Position numbers and translations under genes: made by a program. A DNA stretch of 57,676 nt, filler included, from Sphacelaria rigidula (lineage: Eukaryota): the NCBI GenBank assembly GCA_964200075.2. It is 5 parts of 5 records of this genome, joined end to end, with 100 filler letters (N's around TTAATTAATTAA, not from the genome) between each part and the next. Parts side by side here need not be neighbours in the genome. Positions count along the whole stretch, not along the records: positions 23,116 to 34,570 come from CAXNAA020004902.1; positions 34,671 to 46,123 come from CAXNAA020004903.1; 3 more parts are not named here. One strand, 5' to 3'. Positions 26,051 to 37,046 of the stretch are shown here, in pieces (the first letter of the stretch is position 1; each line of letters starts with the position of its first letter). The notes beneath the pieces are model-generated. The model was not told where the DNA came from. It made no database searches and saw nothing but the letters and a program-made list of their open reading frames with translations.

Positions 26051-26639
26051 TTATTCTTACGTCTTGAGTTTGTCCGCATTCCGAGTACCTGGACGCAGGT
26101 GTAACAATCACGGTGCCTGACAGCGCAGCATTCCTCCGAAGTCCGACGCACCAGCGGTCAGTATTATTCCGTTCATTCTCTCCCGTGTTTTTTGCGGGAA
26201 TTTGCCCTATATCCACACTTTCCCGTTTCCCTTCGCGGAATTTGCCCGTTTCTCCGCGGAATTTACTCTGGGACGAGTGACTTCCCTAGCCACCATAAGC
26301 TGACGTTTCTCTACCCGGATTCACCGCAACCTGTTTCCGTGCCACTCTTCATTTCTCTCTCCTCCTGGGGATTTCACGCGCGGAACCTCCAACACCAGTG
26401 ACGTGCCGAGCCGTTTGACGTTTCCCTCATGAAAATCTAACGCACCTTATTTCCCTGCCACCAGTGACTTACTCTTCCCCCGTCAATGCAACGAAACCTG
26501 CATGTCTCTCCGGTACCAGTGACGTTCTCAGCCGTTTGACACAGTGGCTTTGGCGCTGGTCAGTTTTACCAGTCAATCCGGAATCTGTCAGTGTGGCTTC
26601 TCGGCTTTTGCGTAGTCAGGTTGCCGTGGTCAGCGAAAG

Positions 26640-27385
26640 TGCCCGACGCCGGGCACGTTGACAACGATTTCTTCTGCACATCTTATCAGTCGCCTACCTG
26701 CTGTACTGCTGTGTGTGGCTGTATATGACTCATGATGAACAACTGCCGCGGTCAAACGATTGATCCTTTGACGGCGAGAGTTAGTCATCTGTTGAATCGG
26801 CATCAATTTCACCTGAAAATGTATGCTTAATTCCGACAACTGATCCTTGCAGTCAAACGGTCAACCCTTTGACCACGAGGTTAGATCACCTGCTGAATCG
26901 GCATCAATTTCACTGGGAAAAGTATGCGTATTCCAGATTAACTATCCGCATCGCGGTCTGAGGGTTGACTCTTTGACCGTAGTCAGATAGCCGTGGTCGG
27001 CGGTGGTGCGCGACGCCAGGCATGTTAACAACGATTTCTTCTGCACACCGTTTCAGTCACTTACTCGCTGTACCGCTTTGTATGGCTCTATATGACCCAT
27101 GATGAACAACCGCCGCGGCCACACGAATAACTTTTGGACGGCGAGAGTAGGTCCTCTGTTGAATTGACATCATTTTCACCTAAAAAAGTATGCTTGATTC
27201 CGATAACCGACCCGGTCACCTGCTGAATCGGCGACAATTTCACTGGGGAAAGTATCCGCGATCCAGATGGACTACCCGCATTGCGGTCAGAGGGTTAACC
27301 CTTTAACCACCAGGGTAGGCCATCTGGACCATCGACGATTCAATAGATGATATCTTATATATGGTGGCGGTCAGAGGGTTAGACT
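26640..27385 (+). repeat. Tandem ~367-bp duplication built from piggyBac-MITE-like modules
   Basis: CGACGCC.GGGCA.GTT.ACAACGATTTCTTCTGCACA at ~26644 and ~27011; the GAAT(C/T)G(G/A)C...ATTTCAC core occurs about four times; ends like GGTC.GAGGGTT(A/G)A. Confidence 0.75.
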
Positions 27386-27396
27386 ATGTCGTATCA

Positions 27397-27566
27397 TTAA
27401 CCCTTTGGGGACCGGATTCCCATGAGCATGCGGTTTGCACGCAGCGGCCTTCTTGTGAATCAGCACCATTTTTACTTGAAAATGAGTGAACATGATGCCG
27501 ATTCACAAAAAAGCTCCTGAAAGCAAACTCTACACGTTTCTGGGAATTCGGTCTCAAAAGAGTCAA
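27397..27566. mobile_element. piggyBac-type MITE (degenerate right end)
   Basis: TTAA|CCCTTTGGGGACCGGA ... TTCGGTCTCAAAAGAG|TCAA; homologous to 32425-32568. Confidence 0.6.
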
Positions 27567-28168
27567 CACGACACATTCACCAGCACAATATGTCCACGCA
27601 GCTATATCCGAGCGCACCGAACAACCCTTGGCCACCGCGCTCTTGGGGACAGTACAAGAGTCGTGCAGTGAGGCGAAGCAAAAATGGCACAGTACTCCAG
27701 TACTCACGCAGTTGCAAACATTGTAGTGGTATACTATGTTCGAACACATCAATTGCCAGATAATGAAATCTGCCGCGGTGAATTAAATTATGTAATCCAC
27801 CAGTCATTTTCTAATTCGCGGAGGACATTTGGTTTTTCAAGTACCCGGAGGCAGCTGTGCTTTGGTGCCGAACACATGAGGTATACCTTTCGATATATGT
27901 ACGAGAAGTTCAGCCACGAACCGAAGCTTGGAACGCTAAACTCTTTGACCGCGAGGGTAGGTAGGTCATCTGGCTATAATAACATGTTTGCGACATTTAG
28001 AACGGACTTTGTTTTCGAAACGAGAGGTTTTTCGTTATTTATAACAAGGCGGTCTAATCGCCCGGAACGGCCTTCACCCCCCTGAAGGCCCGTGATCTTT
28101 AGGGAATTCAGCGCAATCAGATTTAAAACCGCGGTGGTGCCTTTCACGAGATACGGCAGTACTCCATC

Positions 28169-28689
28169 TACTCCATCTGTTCCCAATATCAAACCTTTCA
28201 CCACGAGCATAGATACGTGATGAACACATAGAACAACATGTTTGTGGTATTACGATTGTTTTCTTTGGAACGGAAGGTTTTTCGTGATTGACACCAACGC
28301 GGTCGAATCGTCTGAAACGGCCGTCACCCCCCTGAAGGCCCGTGATCTGAAGGGAATTCAGCGCAATCAGATTTAAAATCGCGGTGGTGCCTTTCATGAG
28401 ATACGGCTAAAATGTGCATTTGTTTCCCCCCCTAATTTGGACACATTCTTCCTTATAACTCTGCACTGACAAAGACTATTTCAAATATTCTTGCACCACG
28501 ATTCCCGTCAGATAACGGGCTTTCAGGGGGGTGACGGCCGTTTCAGACGATTCGACCGCGTTGGTGTCAATCACGAAAAACCTTCCGTTCCGAAGAAAAC
28601 AATCGTAATACCACAAACATGTTGTTCTATGTGTTCATCACGTATCTATGCTCGTGGTGAAAGGTTTGATATTGGGAACAGATGGAGTA
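28169..28689. repeat. Near-perfect inverted repeat (~189-bp arms, 143-bp spacer)
   Basis: 28169-28357 is the reverse complement of 28501-28689, with about four mismatches by eye, three of them at the inner end. Confidence 0.92.
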
Positions 28690-28856
28690 CTGTAGACTGT
28701 TCTACTGTTACCCGTGACAACGCGTTTGGCGTATTTTTCCCTCTGGAGATGGAGAAAATGCTTTGCGGAATTTCTACTTGGTGGTAGTGTTTGCTTCCGT
28801 TTCAGATGTTGTTGACCGTTTGTTTGGATGATGAGTGTTCTTGTGGGGGGACCCCT

Positions 28857-29525
28857 ACATATTCTGGAACGGTCCCTTCAGGCTAAATTTTCCTATCGCG
28901 ATGGTTTCGCGATGGTATCGCGATAGAAAAAGCGAAATTTCTCTATCGCGATGGTATCGCGATAGAGAGAAATTGCATTTTTTTAATCGCGATACTATCA
29001 CGATACGGCTAATTTACTTGCTCAATCTGGCGAGAAGGGGTCTGAACGGTTGTTTGAAAAGGCCTGAACCGCTTTTATACATACTATGAAATGTCATTAA
29101 AACCCGTGATGGAATTTCAACCATGACTGGGGGTACGGATCCCTTCCCGCAACAATTCTGCCACAGGATCACACAATTTCTTGCAACGACCATTGGCGAC
29201 ACTTGGGCGACATTAAACATTTCCACGAGGAAATATGTAGGACCAGACAATTTACCTTGATTTGATTTTCTCTAGTTTTAAAAACGATAGTATCGCGATA
29301 GCATCGCGATGGAGAGGAACGGCTTTTTTTCTATCGCGATAGTATGGCGATAGAAAAAAAGCAATTTCTCTCTATCGCGATGCTATCGCGCGATGCCAAT
29401 CCTGGCCATTTCCGTCCATCGCGATATCATCGCGATAGAGAAATTTGTCTTTCTTTCTATCGCGATGATATCGCGATACCACTGTTAGGGTCAAATAGGC
29501 GTAAATGGACAGTTCCAGAATATGT
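28857..29525. mobile_element. Non-autonomous TIR element with subterminal ATCGCGAT palindrome arrays
   Basis: TIRs ACATATTCTGGAACGGTCC / GGACAGTTCCAGAATATGT; about 15 perfect or near-perfect ATCGCGAT motifs clustered at both ends; absent at the homologous site of block copy 1 (~24285). Confidence 0.85.
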
Positions 29526-31339
29526 GGTATACTGCTTGCGGGATGTGCATCGTGTGTTGGCTCTGAATTACCAGCTGCACTGTATCGGCATGTAGCTGAT
29601 TTGCGGCAAGAATGGGTAACAAAACCGTCGCGCGAAAGTTCAGGTGATATTTCATCAGGGGTATGAACATAACGTCTCCAAAAAAGTCGTACGTAGTACT
29701 AATACAATTTGTTCCGCGATTCAGCGGGAATTTCCCCCAGGGTATAACAGTAGCACGAGTAGTTCCAGGCTTCGCCGATTGTCACATTTCGAAAAGTCTC
29801 TATGTGTTTCTCCGAGAGGGTTCCAGCGCCTTTTCTGACCTTCCGCACGTCAACTCTGACTTTTAGTCGGTACTTTTCGCCTTTTTTTGATCACTTGCGA
29901 AACCGTTTTTGTGGACTGGTCGACAAATTATTCACCCGCCCAAAAGCCGAACCGGGCGCACGAAGTTCGAAAAGGTGGGCTACAATCCTCCCAGAGAATA
30001 CAGTAGCAATTTTTCGTGAGGTGGCATAATCCGCCGAACCACGTACGCCAGCGGAAATCGGCACTAAATGATCAAAACGGGCTTTTTTGGAGAGATTGTT
30101 ACACAAGAAGAGTAAACGGCTACATGCGATTTACCCGGCTTCATCATACGATTTACCCATCCCTCGCTCCCATGCCAAGCAACGACCCCGTGAAGTGAAT
30201 AATATTATATTGCCTGCACGTGTATGGAGATCCGAGCTACAGTCAGTATCATCTTCGTGACCTCCCTGTGAAACGGCGAGGTAGTCGGATAGGCCACGGT
30301 GCCATCGACCGGTAGCTATGTACTGGAATTATCCATCAAAATCATAGAGTTTTGGGGGAAGCAAGTTATTATGAGCGTACACTCATAGTGCAGAATGGAA
30401 GCGTTGAAACTTCGCTTCATATTGGAAGCTGATACGACTTGGCTTGACGTGGATGGTTTTGGACGCAGTGATCGGCCGCAGGTTCTGCCGACTCATGAGT
30501 GCTTCGAAAACAGACGAATGGGCCAATGCGCATCGGGACAGGGGAGTTACTATGGCACACCTTCTGAATTGTTGAAATTGCTACGGTCACCACACACAGT
30601 CCTGCTACTGAGAGTAGTTAAAAGTACACCCCAGTGCGGTGCAGTAGGGTACAGTGCAATGCAAGCTCGATAGTAGAGTACCGCAGTACAGATGAATCAA
30701 AGTGGGGTATGTATTGTAACAGACAGTAGCTACAGAGGAGCATATGACTTTACAAACAGTACAGTGCGCACGTTCATGGAAGTGGCAATTACAGGATTTC
30801 CAACTGAATAACAGGGCAAGCCGCAAGTACCCTAAGCCGCACCATACTCGTAGTGTGACCCTGAAACACGGCAGGCTTGACTACAATATTCGGCAGTACA
30901 GCACTGCCTCGGTGTAATTCCCCAATGTTTTCTTTTCTCATTCTGAGGCGTTATGCAGGACATGACTCTGAAACAGATAAATGCCCTATTCTTAAATCAG
31001 TTTGCGCACTTCAATGCACATGTTACCCCGCGGGCGCGGAGCCCTGCTGGCAGGTAACTTTTGCAACTAGATGGGGCTCACTTTTTTCGCCGGCAGGTTG
31101 TCTTATTTCGCTTGCACGAGCAGTTCTACGCCCGCTGTGCGATCACCAACCTACACGCATCCTCATTTTAGGATCCCATTTTTCCTTCAGAATATCGATT
31201 CATCTGCAAATCGTAGGTTCAGCACCGAACACTCCACATGCTTCTTTGCTTCGGGTAACGCTTCATTGAGCGGTGGCGCGAAGCGCAAAAAACCTTGTAA
31301 CAAATATACATTTTTTTTTTTTCATTTGGCGAGCCCTGC

Positions 31340-31790
31340 AGACAGGTGCACTTCTTTTTCATTTGCTTTTAGAGTACGGCGAAACGGGATCATTCCGTCG
31401 TTCCCAGAAGCTCTGAGAGGTCAGCATTTGCTCTTACTTGATTTTAGAGTACGATGAAACGGTGTCATTTGGTCGTTCCCAGAAGCTCAGAGAGGCGAGC
31501 ATTTGCTCCTACTTGATTCCAGAGTACACCGAAACGGGGTCATTTCGTTCTCTCACGCTCTGACAAGGCAGCATTACATGACTCCCCTTCAGGAGGTCCC
31601 GGGAGCATCGCTTCCCCGGCAGTGTTCTGCATGGTGTTTTCCGCCTTTTTTTCCTCGCCGTGGAGGTAGACCCTTCGTGCGTCCATCTCACACCGCACAC
31701 AGGTTTGTCAGAATCGTTCCCAGAAGCTCTGAGACAGGTGCACTTTTTTCACTTGCTTTTAGACTACGGCGAAACGGGGTCTCTTTGTGA
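31340..31790 (+). repeat. Degenerate 75-bp tandem repeat
   Basis: AGAGTAC...GAAACGG at 31371, 31446 and 31521, with a detached copy at 31761; shared TCGTTCCCAGAAGCTC.GAGA. Confidence 0.75.
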
Positions 31791-32094
31791 CCCTTTGACC
31801 GTCGGAGATGCCACCTCTTAACGTATACAGGTCCCGCTTTCCTTCGTGGAACCGGTATCGTTTTCACTTGAAAATTGAATCGTAATCATGCTCAGTTGGA
31901 TGGGCTGTGCGGAACGACTCTCCGTCCAATCTCGGCGCACACGGGGAGCATGTTGTGATCTTGCCCGTATGTCGCATCGTCTCGACTGTACTTCCCTTTT
32001 CCTGTCTCTAGACTGCTGTTGTTGTTGCTACTGCTTCTACTCTGCCGTACATGCGTTTTTTTCGTCATGAGGTGCCGGCTTCTATTTTATTTTA

Positions 32095-32416
32095 GTCGGC
32101 AGACGGTCGCTCTGGTGTCCAGTTCGTAACCCCCAAACCTTATGGCGGTTGGGTTGTCGGTTCGAACCTCAGTGCAGTCACACGATCTGGAATTTTATCT
32201 TACACCATATTCAACAGTGGACGGTGACTACAGTATGTCGTGAGTAGACAGAATTCGGTTTCACGGTCGACGAGCGAAAAGGACCGCTGAACCCCCTCGC
32301 GATGAAAAAGTAAGGCGACCACCACAGAATTTCCTGTGTTGATCTCCTTCTGTGTTACACGTAACGCACATAACTATCATGCATGAATATCGCATGGTCT
32401 CGACTTCACTTCATTT
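32095..32416 (+). mobile_element. Putative tRNA-derived SINE
   Basis: Degenerate A box TGGTGTCCAGTTCG (32113) and B box GGTTCGAACC (32159-32168) at Pol III-compatible spacing; no cloverleaf; short CTTCA-repeat tail. Single copy in the window, so boundaries are inferred. Confidence 0.5.
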
Positions 32417-32424
32417 GTACTGTT

Positions 32425-32568
32425 TTAACCCTTTTGGGACCGGAATCCCAGAAACATGTGGTTTGCACGCAGGGGCGTTTCCATGAATCGGCAATATTTT
32501 AGTTGGACACGATTCAAAATGATGTCGATTCATACAAAGGCCCCTGAATCCGGTCCCAAAAGTGTTAA
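32425..32568. mobile_element. piggyBac-type MITE (TTAA TSD)
   Basis: TTAA|CCCTTTTGGGACCGGA ... TCCGGTCCCAAAAGTG|TTAA. Confidence 0.78.
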
Positions 32569-32999
32569 TCCTTTGACCGGTAGGGTAGGTCATCTGGACC
32601 ACGCTGTAATTTGTGAAGTCCACGTAACTGATGCCGATTTGACAACAGATAACCTATCATGGCGGTCAGATGATCAAATTTGTTGCCACTATATGGGTTC
32701 TTGGTTTGCGGGGGCGGTCAGTTCCTCAGGTTCACTTTTGATTGTGATGTGTTGTGTTGAGCCTTCGTACGTACTCATCATCCATGTTGCTCTTCGGGCT
32801 GAAAACGAACCAAAGAAGGTTTTTTTGTCAAATCGGCATTGATTTCACATGCAAATCAAACCGGCATCATACTCATGAAACAATGAGAAGACACGACAAA
32901 ATTTTCCCGCCGCTTTCCATCAACCATTTGATGGCGAGAAAATTAGGTAATCTGTTGAAGTGGCGTCAATATCACTCAACGAAAGTATCCATGATCCAG

Positions 33000-34410
33000 A
33001 CTTGCTACCGTGCTCAGCCCATGAGCTGCCGCGCCTTCTTCTCCAAACTATACATGACCTTTGCCATTACACAACGCACACGGCTATCACCGGTGCTCAT
33101 GTACCTTGGTTGTCGATCCACTGATCGTGGGGGCGAAGCCGCGGAAACTCTTGTATACATATTTGTCTTGCAATTTTGGCTTTTTAGACAAGTACAGCTG
33201 GCGTGTTCTTCATACCATTCGATCTTACACGAAAATGGGCATTCACTCCATTTTAAAAAACCAAAGTGCAACACAATTTTCCAACGGAGGCATATTTTCC
33301 AAATACGTGCCACAACAATCGATACCTACCGCAAACTGCCTGAAGATAGAAATCATGCTTGTTTTATCATTTTCGAAACCCATAATTTTTGGTCCGGGTA
33401 GTACTCCCTGGTCTGAGAGTAGGGTTTTGTGCTTACAGACATACTGCAGGCACGTCAGTGCCCTTTCACGCGGTTTCTTCTTCATCTCTACCGCAGTTTA
33501 CGTGCACGTGTATTCGGCTGATCCACCGCGGCCTCCGTATGATCACCGTATCTTGTCGTCAATCTCGTTGCTCGAGGTAGTGATGTTTCCCCGGTATTTT
33601 AGTGAAGGACCTGTAGGATCCTTGAGGCGGATGTCATGTGGGAACACTGCGCTCCTGACTGTTGACTTCCTTCTCAGCATGCGATGAATTCTGCGTTTTT
33701 TTTTCCGTTCTTCACATGGCGTGGCCCCATACTCTTGTCTACAAGCTGACTTTCGTACTTATCGCGGTGTTCTGCAGCGGATTCAATGCCTTCGAGAAGG
33801 ATTCTCGAACTAAGGGCTGCGGCCTATGCCTTCCATGGTAAATTATTGGACCCTAGCCCGGAGGCGCACCGTCTGTTCGACCAGTCCGATGTCAACAACT
33901 CTTAACTGGAAAAGAGAACGATCGAAAATATTGAATGTGCATGATGAAGCAACCTAGCCGAATATGTATAGCAAACAAAAAAGGTACCTTTTGCTCCTCA
34001 ATAATCATCCTCACAATCCCCATGTAGTATGGGTTCGGTCTCAAGAACTTGAGAGGCTCGCGGTCGATTGAGCTTTTCCACGTGAAGTCCATGACGATCA
34101 CCTGCATCGTGCAGGTCATGAAAAAACACGCGATGCAAGTAACACGCAGACAAAGGACAAACATGACCGCGTATAAATAATTTCAGGTTTTGCAAATATC
34201 GATAAGGCGTTGATATCTAGATTTATATCACTAAGTCAAGGAATAATCCAGGTCGGAAGCAACCGTTTCGAGCACCGTAGGCGCGAACCCGAGCTGATGT
34301 TGAGAACTATGCAGAAACTGTCCTGCATCATTGCCACATGTAACAACGTATTCGTGAGATTCAGATCGAAACCTTTTGTCAATATCTTGGGCCACAAATA
34401 TTGGATTCCT
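33000..34410 (-). pseudogene. Decayed multi-exon coding sequence of unknown family, possibly TE-derived
   Basis: Clean exon 34101-33988 (CAG|VIVMDFTWKSSIDREPLKFLRPNPYYMGIVRMIIEEQK|GTACC), 82-nt intron, then acceptor TCTCTTTTCCAG| at 33905. Downstream protein-like text (SAVFPHDIRLKDPTGPSLKYRGNI; KYVYKSFRGFAPTISG) is broken by stops and frameshifts. Boundaries are approximate. Confidence 0.45.
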
Positions 34411-34444
34411 GCAGTTTTGATCTGAACGATGGACAATTCAGCTT

Positions 34445-34570
34445 ACTATTACTGTTATCATTATCATTATCATTATTAATATTATCATTATCATTATTAT
34501 TACTACTATTATTATTACTATTACTATTATTATTATTATCATTATTATTATTATTAATATTATTATTATT
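34445..34570. repeat. (TTA)n imperfect microsatellite at contig end
   Basis: Run of TTA/TCA/CTA triplets up to the gap. Confidence 0.95.
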
Positions 34571-34670
34571 NNNNNNNNNNNNNNNNNNNNNNNNNNNNNN
34601 NNNNNNNNNNNNNNTTAATTAATTAANNNNNNNNNNNNNNNNNNNNNNNNNNNNNNNNNNNNNNNNNNNN
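34571..34670. other. Artificial contig linker
   Basis: Same 100-bp spacer; the preceding contig ends in a (TTA)n microsatellite. Confidence 0.97.
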
Positions 34671-35771
34671 CCTGTGGGCCAGCGCGCAACATTTTTCAAC
34701 ATTATTCTGCCATTCCATTCAGGCAACGGGCGGCAGGAATGTTCCAACATGCTAGACATGTACACTTTTCGTCTCATTATCGGAACCGGCAAAGCGAGAC
34801 ATGTTATGAATAAGACCTCACTCTCAATCGTACTTTCAACGCTCTATTTCACGGAAACATTGTTAGGTTTGCCGGCAGGATTTTGCACTAATGTGCGAGG
34901 TAAGCGTTTTGTCCATTAATAATGCAGCCACACCCGGCCGCTGAAAGCCATGAAAAGGCTGCTCTCAATCGTATCGTAGACTCTCAATCTCACGAAAACA
35001 TTGTTTTTGGTAACACAACATATATTGACTTGTCTCTTGTGCCATCACAATGCTCGCCCAAAAACATTTGACCTCCCGATGCGTCAACATGTTGAGCGGG
35101 CAATTTGTATCATATTTTGTCTTGTCCAAGGTGTGAAACGTTCAGGGTCTTACGCCAAAACGGCGTGAGGTTTTTCGCATGAGTGAAATGTGGGTGATTG
35201 GCATCAACAAACCTGTTCTTGCGTCTTAAAACAATCTAGTGCTGTGATGGAAACGAGTGAAGCAACGAAGGTTTTGAATTCGCCACGACGACGTATCGCG
35301 CCCTACACGGGTGAAGGGAACGACCTGTCACATCAGCGAGTTATCTTCAGCGTCGGACGACTACAGTACCAGCAACCTCGTGGGTAAGATGGGGTGTCTA
35401 AAATGTGATTGATAGTGAGTTTCATGACTCACTCAAACTTGACCGCTTTTAATTTTGTGCGTATGTTCATGTGTTTGGCTAGTAATGATGCCGTGTGCTT
35501 ACAGCTCACACCCCACGAAGCGATATAAAAAGGGCACAGTGGCAAGCTACTACAGAAAGCGTGAATAGCCTGGAGTGGCACTTCAGCGGTCGAAATATTC
35601 ATTGCACTTATCGACCATTTCCGAGTATCCGCAGTTCAAACTTTCCGCCAACTGACGGCAACAAGTGCGATATGTACACTGGATCCATGTCACCCCCAAG
35701 AGTTTTCATCCGAGCCGCTCCCCAAGCAGCTCGGCGAAGTAGTCCCGAAAATGACTCGTCGACGAATGAAA

Positions 35772-36015
35772 ACACTTTTTACGATAGCCCCCCCCCAAAA
35801 GTGTGGTTTTGGGAGGCAAAATCTTCACGGAAATCCAAATGGGAAAAGCCGAGCACAACCAGAAGCTGGGAATTCCCACGCTTGGGTTTGTTCTAACCAA
35901 TGCCGCCAATATGAGGTGCTTCATGCAGCCTGAACCCAGACATCATGCGCTGTATGGCCATTTTTTTGTGACAATTTTAGCTGGTTTTTTGGGGGGGGGC
36001 TATCGTAGAAAGTGT
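35772..36015. mobile_element. MITE with poly-C/poly-G-containing TIRs (copy 1)
   Basis: ACACTTTTTACGATAGCCCCCCCCC / GGGGGGGGGCTATCGTAGAAAGTGT; the interior GGGAATTCCCACGCTTGGGTT is shared with 44058-44333. Confidence 0.8.
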
Positions 36016-37046
36016 CTGAATTAGGATGTCCGTTTTTCTGGATTCACGCTCTCGACCAAATGCTGGACACTCAATCTGGTGAAAATTTGGGTTCCTGTAA
36101 CCACTATACCTACTTTTATATGCGATCATATCGCTAGTATGGTTTTCGGCCAAGGTGTCAATTGATTTTCAACTGCCGAAAGAGTAGGTGGGTAGTTGTG
36201 GGGAACGGGGGAGCGGACGGGGAAGGGGGCGGGTCCCGCAACGCAAAGATGTACGGGGTATCGGAGAAAGTTCGTTGACAGTCGGCTATCACGCGAAAGT
36301 GGATCACAAACATGAATTTATGCAAAAACTCATTGTCCGGTATAAGAGCCGTGGACTTCCGTACAAACGGTATCGGTTCGAAACAGTTACCAACTGTGGT
36401 GATGAGAAGCTGGCAGCTACAAGGTAGTCAAGCGAATAGAGACGGAGTTTTAGCCAGCCATATGTACACATTTCAGTAACCCTGGTTGTTTCTCCGCGAC
36501 CCGCTCGCGTATCCATCCGTATCCGTATCCGGTGAAATCTGGCACCAATCAGGAGGTATACAACATCAGGCCAACTGTACTATTTACACCTTGATTATTC
36601 ACTCATCTGTGATTCACGTCACCAACACATGCCTTTTCTTCAGTGCCCAGGTATGGAGCACTGTCCAAATCTCATCAGAGTCAACGACTTCTCAGTCCAT
36701 CACCTAGGGTCTTTTTTGTGTGCGTTGTTTTTATACACAAGTGCTGAGTAATGCCCAGCAGTACGAGGAGTCAATCATTAACTGCAGTAGCGCCAGCACC
36801 AAGCAGGCGGGATGTTAAGTTACGAACTTGTCTACAGCTCGGACAACGTATTACAAGCCTCGGCAATAAATGATGACATCTGAAGCATGCGTTCCCTTCT
36901 CGAACACCCTGCTATAAACGCTTTTGTAGTATTCTTTCATCATGCCTACTGCAGACCCTTTCTCATTGAAGACAATAGCAATAGCATAAATCCACTTGTG
37001 AGCGTGAAGCGCCCTTTATCAGCGAGCATCTATATCCGGTGGAGAC

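Larger units (their letters stand above)
27735..31299 (+). repeat. Large repeat block, copy 2 (~3.6 kb, with an extra inverted duplication and a MITE insertion)
   Basis: Direct repeat of 23389-26050 plus extra segments at ~28157-28410 and ~28840-29540. Confidence 0.88.
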
